The notes under the pieces were generated by a model. The model made no database searches. It saw nothing but the letters and a program-made list of their open reading frames with translations, and was not told the DNA's origin. Position numbers and translations under genes: made by a program. This document shows, piece after piece, positions 51,622-58,276 of a stretch of 64,000 bases of DNA. The stretch spans positions 44,671 through 108,670 of IMG/VR virus record IMGVR_UViG_3300023184_004051. One strand, 5' to 3'. Origin of the DNA: a virus. The stretch's first letter is position 1. Every line of letters begins with the position of its first letter.

Positions 51622-52070
51622 CGGTTCAATCCAACTTCAGCGAAGGTGGACAGTTAGAGATAGTCCAACACCCACATCCAATCCTCGCCACTGTTGCCAC
51701 TCCCGTCACGGATTTCAGCACTATCCCCGCTCTTGTCTTGACAATGCGCCAAGCAATGAAGGAACACCGTGGCGTTGGGATTGCGGCAAACCAAATCGGT
51801 GACCCAAGAGCCGTGTGCATCGTCAAGGGAACCGTGATGGTCAACCCAACGGTAGTGAAAACCAGCGGCAGGGCGTTGTTGGCGTTAGAAGGCTGCCTCT
51901 CTGTCAAGGCGAGCGGCGAAGCCTATCCCCGCACGGCTCACGACTTCATCACCGTGGCGTTCCAAAACTCCAAAGGTGAAAAGGTTGTCCAAACCTTTAG
52001 CGATTGGGATGCTCGCATTGTCCAACACGAACTCCGTCACCTCAACGGGAAAACGATTGCCGATGCCTGA
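51618..52070 (+). CDS. def: Peptide deformylase
   Basis: Three signature motifs: GVGIAANQIG, EGCLS, QHELRHLNG. Confidence 0.9.
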   Translation: MTVQSNFSEGGQLEIVQHPHPILATVATPVTDFSTIPALVLTMRQAMKEHRGVGIAANQIGDPRAVCIVKGTVMVNPTVVKTSGRALLALEGCLSVKASGEAYPRTAHDFITVAFQNSKGEKVVQTFSDWDARIVQHELRHLNGKTIADA

Positions 52071-52197
52071 AGCACCACCGCCCAACAACCCTTTGGCGAC
52101 TTTTAGTGAGTGTCCTCATTGTGGTGAAATCCTCACGCCAGAACACGCCCACTTCAAGTGCCGAGGATGCGGTTGGCGTGATAGTTGCTGCGACTAG
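52063..52197 (+). CDS. Tiny Zn-ribbon protein
   Basis: CPHCG....PEHAH.KC..CG..DSCC. Confidence 0.55.
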   Translation: MPEAPPPNNPLATFSECPHCGEILTPEHAHFKCRGCGWRDSCCD

Positions 52198-52236
52198 AGA
52201 ACAGAAAAGTGACACCCCTGCTGTAATCTAGGGTCT

Positions 52237-52884
52237 ATGGCGACTAACCCTTTCTCTCTTGAAAACCTTGCACCAACTTGGGTGCAGGCTACTGAAATCC
52301 TCAAAGGTGACTTCGTTGGTCACCCCTTCCGTGGCAATCAGTGGGAACCCGGCAATAACCTCGGACTAAGCGAGATGACTTACACCGGAAGCGAAAAATG
52401 GAAAACAGTTGACCCGGCGCAAACTTACCAAGTTGGTTTTGGTCGAGATGACATTGGTACAACCCTCACCAGTAAAGGCGATGTTGGCATTTCCATTTAC
52501 GTTTATGACGATTGGCACGACGATATGGGTCAGTTGAATGTCCTAAAGAGCAGCGAACTGAAGTGGGTTTTGGATGGCATCAGTGGCGGAGAAGCCACTT
52601 GCCGCTCTTGCGAAACGACTTCCCCCCTCAAAGATTTCACTACCCCCGAAGTCATTGCTCCTACCGAAAAAGTTGTTCCGGCAAGCCTCGTCAAGGGCGG
52701 TTGCCCACATTGCGCGCAGGAAACGAGCATCGCAACCGTCGGTCAACTCCTTACGGCCTACACCAAAAACCCAACCAGCAAAGAGATAGACGACCTCACG
52801 GATGCTGTTCACGAGTCAATGACTGGAAACTACGGCGGCTACGACACAATGGATGAATACCGCAGCAGTAGCGGAGACTACTAA
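52237..52884 (+). CDS. Tagged protein; C-terminus with two CxxC pairs
   Basis: Tag ILKGDFVGHPFRGNQW; CRSC...CPHC. Confidence 0.65.
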   Translation: MATNPFSLENLAPTWVQATEILKGDFVGHPFRGNQWEPGNNLGLSEMTYTGSEKWKTVDPAQTYQVGFGRDDIGTTLTSKGDVGISIYVYDDWHDDMGQLNVLKSSELKWVLDGISGGEATCRSCETTSPLKDFTTPEVIAPTEKVVPASLVKGGCPHCAQETSIATVGQLLTAYTKNPTSKEIDDLTDAVHESMTGNYGGYDTMDEYRSSSGDY

Positions 52885-52889
52885 GTCCA

Positions 52890-53249
52890 ATGTCCGGTTT
52901 CACCACCAACGAACTTCTCTACCCCCTAACCAAAGGCGACCTACCCGGTCATCCCTTTCACGGAAATCAGTATGAGGCTGGCGCAGGTGAACTGACCCCT
53001 GATGACAGGGTAGACATTGAGGAACTGATTAGCGAACATCAAGGGAGCATCGGTTCGGCGCGTAGTGAAATCTCTGGGTCAAACCAATATCGGGACTCTG
53101 TTGGCGCAGGTGAATACCGGGCGCAACAACTTGAAAACGACATCGCTAACCACGAATACGCCATTGACGCGTTCAAGGTGGCGCTGCACTCTGGCAAAAA
53201 AGAAGATTTGGAATGGGCAAAAGCCCTTTCCGCTAGTGCATACAAGTAG
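52890..53249 (+). CDS. Tagged protein; short helical C-terminus
   Basis: Tag LTKGDLPGHPFHGNQY. Confidence 0.65.
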   Translation: MSGFTTNELLYPLTKGDLPGHPFHGNQYEAGAGELTPDDRVDIEELISEHQGSIGSARSEISGSNQYRDSVGAGEYRAQQLENDIANHEYAIDAFKVALHSGKKEDLEWAKALSASAYK

Positions 53250-53255
53250 GCAACC

Positions 53256-53960
53256 GTGAGTGATTTCACCACGACCTCCCTACTCAAAGGTCTTTCTCGC
53301 TACCCCCTAACAAAGGGGGATTTACCGGGGCATCCGTTCCACGGGAACCAGTGGACAACAGTTGGTGGAATAACCCCCGATGTTGCCAACTTCCTTACGA
53401 AAAACGCTAACAAGTTTTACAGGGCTGGTGGAAAGGTTGAGGTTGTCAAGTTCTACCAACGCAACCTTGCCAATGGTCGCAGCCGTGGAGATGAAAGACA
53501 GCGCCTCTCAAAGGTGCTGGACAAACTCTACGACGAGCAGCGCAAGGAATACGAAACCTCAGGGGATAGTGAAAAATACAAGGAGATTGAGCGCCTGATT
53601 TCGGGCTACTCCTTCACCAAACTTGCCTTGATGGGTTTTGGAAGCGCCATCGTCGCCACCGATAAAGACGGCAATGTGGTCGGGGCAATGAGTTACACCA
53701 CAAATGACGAAAGAATGAAAGTCGGCATCCTCGGCTCATCTAATGAACCTGATGGCGTGGCTACAGCCATTGAGGTGAAAGCGGCATCATTGGCAAACGA
53801 AAACTCCCTAAGGGTTGATAGCGAAGCCACTACAGACGCAGAGCCATATCACCGCCTCATCGGGAGAACCATTAGCGACCCACAAACCCTTGGGAGCAGT
53901 TGGTCAGCAGAGGAAGTCAAAGCAATCGCAGGCTTACCCGTCGGGCCGGAACACATCTAA
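53256..53960 (+). CDS. Tagged protein; GNAT-like C-terminus
   Basis: Tag LTKGDLPGHPFHGNQW; VATDKDGNVVG...LGS...GVAT...A..YH..IG. Confidence 0.6.
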   Translation: MSDFTTTSLLKGLSRYPLTKGDLPGHPFHGNQWTTVGGITPDVANFLTKNANKFYRAGGKVEVVKFYQRNLANGRSRGDERQRLSKVLDKLYDEQRKEYETSGDSEKYKEIERLISGYSFTKLALMGFGSAIVATDKDGNVVGAMSYTTNDERMKVGILGSSNEPDGVATAIEVKAASLANENSLRVDSEATTDAEPYHRLIGRTISDPQTLGSSWSAEEVKAIAGLPVGPEHI

Positions 53961-54664
53961 TGACACGCTTGGATTTCACTACTGAAGGCTTGCTCTATCC
54001 CTTGACCAAGGGGGATAGCCCCGGACATCCCTTCAGGGGGAACCAATGGCAAACCGTTGGGGGCATCACGCCAGAGGTAGCGGAGTTCATCACCACCAAT
54101 GCAAACAAGTTCTACAAAGCGGGCGGCAAAATCGTCAAAATCAAATCGGGGGCAACAAAACTCCGCAACGGCAAAGACCTTACAGAGGCCCGCCAAGAAA
54201 TGACCGCCAAGATTGAGCAACTGTCCACTAGACAGATGACCCCCGAAACAGAACGCCTCATAGAGGGCTACAAGATGATGCGCCGCAACCTCTCTATGCT
54301 GGACAGGGAAAAAGGCCGTGAAGCCTATGTCGCCTTAGACAAAGACGGAAACATCGCTGGTGTAATCGGCGCAATCCAACAACGCGCAGGGAAAGATTGG
54401 AAAATCACGGAGTTAGGCTCCACTAACGAAATCCCCGGAACCGCAACCGCTTTGGAACACTACATCGCTTCATCGGCAGGGAACACCAACTTAGAAAGTA
54501 TCTCTACAGCAGATGCCGTCAACTACCACACGGCTATTGGTAGAACCCTTGAACCCATCATCCACCCTTATGACAAAACCCCTACAGGAGACTTCACCTC
54601 AAACTGGTCACTCTCCGAGATGCAAGCGATTGCCAAACTCCCCATAGGCCCGAAACACATCTAA
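53960..54664 (+). CDS. Tagged protein; GNAT-like C-terminus, paralogue of 53256
   Basis: Tag LTKGDSPGHPFRGNQW; shares TVGGITP.VA.F...NANKFY.AGGK and the LP.GP.HI end with 53256. Confidence 0.6.
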   Translation: MTRLDFTTEGLLYPLTKGDSPGHPFRGNQWQTVGGITPEVAEFITTNANKFYKAGGKIVKIKSGATKLRNGKDLTEARQEMTAKIEQLSTRQMTPETERLIEGYKMMRRNLSMLDREKGREAYVALDKDGNIAGVIGAIQQRAGKDWKITELGSTNEIPGTATALEHYIASSAGNTNLESISTADAVNYHTAIGRTLEPIIHPYDKTPTGDFTSNWSLSEMQAIAKLPIGPKHI

Positions 54665-54703
54665 CCCTTCCATATTTCACTACAGGGGTTTAGACTCATC
54701 ACT

Positions 54704-55318
54704 ATGTCCGACACTTCCAATACTCCCGAGTTCACCTTGCCGCCCCTTCCCGAAAAGGGTAAGAGGACAGGCAGAAAGACCCTTCTCACCCCAGAGGTCA
54801 CCGATGCCGTTGTAAGGCTTCTCAAAGCCGGAAACTACCTCAGTCAAACAGCACGGTATCTCGGCCTAGACCCAACCACTCTGAACAGTTGGAGGGCAAG
54901 AGGGAACGAACTGATGGCAAGTGGGAGGGAGGATTTGGATGAATACGAACAAATGTTCGTAGACTTCTCCATTGCCGTAGAGAGTGCAAAGGCTGAGGCT
55001 GAAATCAGGGCAGTAGACATCATCCGCAAGGCTATGCCGAAAGATTGGCGAGCAGCAACTTGGTATTTGGAAAGAACCAACAACCGAGATTGGGGAGCAA
55101 CCCAACGGACAGAGGTATCAGGCCCAGATGGAGGGGCTATCCCGATAGATGTGGACAGTGTGTATCGGAAGTTGGAAGCGGTCACCCAAAGGGTCGTTTT
55201 GGAAGCCGAGATTGCATCTCAGCCGACAGAGAGTGCGGAACTACCAGAGAGTGCCGGAGATGGTGAAATAGAGGCCAATGAGCCGGTTGTAGAGAGTGAA
55301 CCGAATAAGGCGTTATGA
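54704..55318 (+). CDS. terS: Terminase small subunit
   Basis: GRKT.LT, HTH, DWRAA.WYLER...WG...E.SGPDGG.I; lies upstream of terL. Confidence 0.75.
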   Translation: MSDTSNTPEFTLPPLPEKGKRTGRKTLLTPEVTDAVVRLLKAGNYLSQTARYLGLDPTTLNSWRARGNELMASGREDLDEYEQMFVDFSIAVESAKAEAEIRAVDIIRKAMPKDWRAATWYLERTNNRDWGATQRTEVSGPDGGAIPIDVDSVYRKLEAVTQRVVLEAEIASQPTESAELPESAGDGEIEANEPVVESEPNKAL

Positions 55319-55447
55319 CCCAATATTGGCGTTATGACAGCCCTGCCCTTACGAGCCTCGGAACTTCCCTTCCCAAAACTCAACCGTCGTTTAGTGAAAT
55401 CCAATAAAAGACTTGACTTTGGATGTGGGTTGCGTTAGCCTGCGTTT

Positions 55448-55584
55448 GGCCGCAACAAGGCGGCCCAAAAACATAGAAGTTCAGGGACTACACACCCTGC
55501 ACCTCTACCGCAAACAGCGAACAAGAGCCGGCCCCGCCACAAGACTGACCTGTCCAAGTCAGAGGGGTCGGCTTGTTGCGTTGT
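55448..55584 (+). ncRNA. Predicted structured small RNA (RNA-C)
   Basis: TTGACT(55413)-17-TAGCCT promoter; three consecutive hairpins; no ORF with an RBS. Confidence 0.45.
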
Positions 55585-55633
55585 AGGGCATTGACGGTTA
55601 GTGAAATGTGCGATTACGCTCTTGGTTGAAGTG

Positions 55634-55716
55634 GCCGCTACAGAAACCCATAGGTCTAAAGGGTCTGCAACCTTTACTGACGAGTAGGGCGCTGCTTCTA
55701 GGGCAACAGCAGACCC
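55634..55716 (+). ncRNA. Hammerhead ribozyme candidate (type II topology with pseudoknot)
   Basis: GAAA 55643-46; stem III ACC/GGT; GTC cleavage triplet 55654-56; stem I TAAAGG/CCTTTA; CTGACGA 55677-83; stem II CTAC/GTAG; loop I GTCTGC can pair with GCAGAC 55709-14. One extra A at 55642. Confidence 0.65.
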
Positions 55717-55718
55717 GC

Positions 55719-55785
55719 CTCCCTTTTGCGACGGCGGGGAGTTTTTGGCTAAGACCTCCGCACTATGCGGGGGTCTTAGTTATTT
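55719..55785 (+). terminator. Two tandem terminator hairpins
   Basis: ctccc...gggag-ttttt, and ctaagacctccgca-c-ta-tgcgggggtcttag-ttattt. Confidence 0.6.
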
Positions 55786-55896
55786 CACTACGATGCGCTC
55801 GCTCGACAAAAAACCCCGAGTTTTGGAAAACTCCGCAGATTTCAGCAGATTTTCGTAGACGAAAAACCCCCCGTTCCAAAACGCAACACGGGCAGA

Positions 55897-56019
55897 CAAA
55901 AACCCCCTCGCAAGCGAAAACAAGGGGGCTTCGTCTTAGTTAGGGAGGGCAACACCGCAGCCGTCGTCGAATGAATACCGACTAAGGAAAAACAGAGAAA
56001 CGACGACTACGGGTTGCCG
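55897..56019 (-). ncRNA. Predicted antisense sRNA-A
   Basis: TTGACA(56049-54)-17-TATGAT(56026-31); long stem with a pyrimidine-rich loop containing TTCCTTAGTCGGTAT; terminator at 55897-55933. Confidence 0.65.
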
Positions 56020-56104
56020 ACTCACATCATAAAGCGAACACAGGTTCGTGTCAAGCGGTATGTGACACCCCCCTCGTAAACTTGTTCCCGGAGGGGTCTG
56101 TCTC

Positions 56105-56198
56105 CGTACAGCGCAAGACCCCCACCGGAGGTCGGTGAGGGTCTTATGCGCCCGACTAAGAGCGAGCGGCGGCGACGAAGTGGGGGCTTCATCACCTG
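56105..56198 (-). ncRNA. Predicted antisense sRNA-B
   Basis: TTGCAT(56227-32)-17-TAGAGT(56204-09); 5' hairpin, linker containing CTTAGTCGG, 3' GC-rich hairpin. Confidence 0.55.
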
Positions 56199-56239
56199 CA
56201 ACTACTCTATCACGGTTGAGTGACCAATGCAAATCGGGC

Positions 56240-56661
56240 AAAGAAAAAAGCCCCACCCCGAAGGGTGAGGCTCTGTCTCGCAAGGCTACTTATCGGATTT
56301 CCCTTTTCCTCAGGCTAACCGCTCTCGCTCCCCACTTCCTAGACAGCGCGGCTACACCTCCTACGAGTGCCACTTCTAGGCTTGCCCGCACACTTGCGCG
56401 ATTGGGCTTTGAGTATTTGTGACCCGATGAGTCTGGCGTGTCACCCTGCTAGCCCACACGCCTTTGGATGGAAGGTCAAGCGCAACCTGCCGGCCCGCTA
56501 TCGCTCGTCATCCTCCGGCGCAGAACGCACATAGGGATTTCCCTTTCTAAGAGGTAGACCCCCCCAAACTGCTCAGCCTTAGAAGCCCGCAGCCCAAAGT
56601 GACACAACACACCCATCGGATTTCGTTGTCAAGGAACTTCGTGAGGTCTACCGCCCCTCAC
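56240..56661 (-). ncRNA. Predicted ~360-420 nt structured RNA of unknown class
   Basis: TTGACT(56691-96)-17-TATGGT promoter (weaker second TTGACA at 56627-32); multiple stems; TTCG-loop terminator with T-run at 56240-56272. Confidence 0.5.
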
Positions 56662-56722
56662 GCAACTACCATACACCACTCTAGTTTGGAAGTCAAGTCA
56701 TTTGGAAAGAATATTTCCAAAC

Positions 56723-56836
56723 TCAACAACCTTCCTCTCGCATCTGGCTCAACAGCATCTCATCTGCGAGTGCTTCCAAGTCCTCGTCGGACATACCCTC
56801 GAAGTTGCTCGCTACCATCTCATCCCAAGTCATCAT
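56723..56836 (-). CDS. 37-aa acidic microprotein
   Basis: MMTWDEMVASNFEGMSDEDLEALADEMLLSQMREEGC; gaggtg RBS; TTGACT(56895-900)-17-TAGAGT promoter. Confidence 0.55.
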   Translation of the reverse strand: MMTWDEMVASNFEGMSDEDLEALADEMLLSQMREEGC

Positions 56837-56965
56837 CAGTCACCTCGTTCTCGTTGTATCTACTACACCACACTCTATCAAGAGGGTGTCACATAGTCAA
56901 GTCATTTTGGAAATATTATTTGGCGGCCCCTTGCTCGACACCACCCCTCCTTGTATTTTGGAAGT

Positions 56966-57145
56966 ATGAGCGCATACAACGGATTAGACACGACCACAGG
57001 AAACATCACCCCACTCTGGCTCTGCGATGAGGCAGGCTGCAATCTCGGATGTGAGGTTGGAACACCAGAGGCCGAAGGCTGGCTTGCCACCGAGGAAGCA
57101 CACTTCTGTCCTACCCACGTCATTTCTCGCTTCGGCAGCAAGTAG
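56966..57145 (+). CDS. Small Cys/His protein
   Basis: CD..GC...GW......HFCP.H. Confidence 0.45.
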   Translation: MSAYNGLDTTTGNITPLWLCDEAGCNLGCEVGTPEAEGWLATEEAHFCPTHVISRFGSK

Positions 57146-57310
57146 CAGCGGCCCAGCAGCGAGTTTTGGAAAACTGGGCCATACCCCCCTATTTTTTGTC
57201 CGAGCAGGGCTACGATAGGGGGATGAAGCATTACCTCCCATACCTCTACTCCTTCTTGGCAGGCTTTGGAACTGCGATGACCGTCGCTTTCTTTCGCCGT
57301 AGGTAGTGAA

Positions 57311-58276
57311 ATGAACCAAATCATCCAGCGGCTTTTGGAAGCCGGCCCCGAACAGAAGCGGCAAATCTTGTCGAGTCTGTCAAAAGACGAGTTAGCAGTC
57401 GTCTACCGTGAGTTGGAAGTCATCGAAAGCAGCCCAACACGGCGTTGGTATTGCCCCCGTGAGGTCTGCAACGGCGAGCCACACGCAGGATTTCACTGGT
57501 GCGACCACCCGATTGACGGGAACCACACGCCATACTGCAAGCACGCTCGAACACCACAGCGCCCGCCGGAGGAAACGGCAGACAAGCCGTGGCTTACTTG
57601 GTTCTTTAGCGGCGGTCGAGGAACGGGAAAGACACGAGCCGGAGCCGAGTGGGTTTTGGATTTGGTATGGAACCAAGGCTACAAGCGCATCGCACTTGTC
57701 GGTCGAACACCAGCCGATGTCCGAGATGTGATGATTTACGGGGATAGTGGAATAATGTCCGTGAGCGACCCCCATCCCCGCCCCACACACGAGCCGACCA
57801 AGCGCAGGCTCATCTGGCCGAATGGGGCGCAAGCCTTCACCTATTCCGCCGCCGCTCCGAGTCAGTTGCGTGGCCCTCAGCACGATGCGGCGTGGTGCGA
57901 TGAGTTGGCCGCTTGGACTGACGCTCCAAAGGGCGATGTTTTGGACACCTCTTGGAACAACCTGATGCTCGGCTTGCGTCTGGGGACAAATCCAAAGGCG
58001 CTCGTCACCACCACTCCAAAACGAGTCAAGTTGGTTCGACAAGTTATGGAGCGTCGAACAACCGTGATTACACAAGGAACGACCTACGAGAACCTTTCCA
58101 ATATGGCCGCTTCCTTCCGTGAGAACGTGCTTGCGGCCTACGAAGGCACACGCATTGGCGAACAGGAGTTGATGGGAACCCTCCTGACAGATGTTGACGG
58201 TGCAATGTGGACTTTGGAAATGCTCGAAAATCGAGCCGAACTTGTCGCAAGCGTGCGAGCGGGGCTAGATGATTAG
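57311..58276 (+). CDS. terL: Terminase large subunit, ATPase half
   Basis: GGRGTGKT, LRGPQ...AWCDE, TTTPK, QEL.G. Confidence 0.85.
   Translation: MNQIIQRLLEAGPEQKRQILSSLSKDELAVVYRELEVIESSPTRRWYCPREVCNGEPHAGFHWCDHPIDGNHTPYCKHARTPQRPPEETADKPWLTWFFSGGRGTGKTRAGAEWVLDLVWNQGYKRIALVGRTPADVRDVMIYGDSGIMSVSDPHPRPTHEPTKRRLIWPNGAQAFTYSAAAPSQLRGPQHDAAWCDELAAWTDAPKGDVLDTSWNNLMLGLRLGTNPKALVTTTPKRVKLVRQVMERRTTVITQGTTYENLSNMAASFRENVLAAYEGTRIGEQELMGTLLTDVDGAMWTLEMLENRAELVASVRAGLDD

Noticed and set aside
45341-54664. Tag repeats as a CRISPR array or a diversity-generating retroelement
   Set aside because: The repeats are conserved at protein level with synonymous changes, spacing is gene-sized, and no cas or reverse transcriptase gene is present.
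56240-56600. Group II intron, RNase P or tmRNA identity for the long RNA (GTGCG and GAGGAAA-like strings)
   Set aside because: No domain V, P4 helix or tRNA-like ends were recognisable.
55608-57030. ORF-track entries 55608-55943, 55936-56283, 56135-56422 and 56599-57030
   Set aside because: They lack an RBS, have atypical composition and run across terminators and promoters. RNA units explain the region better.
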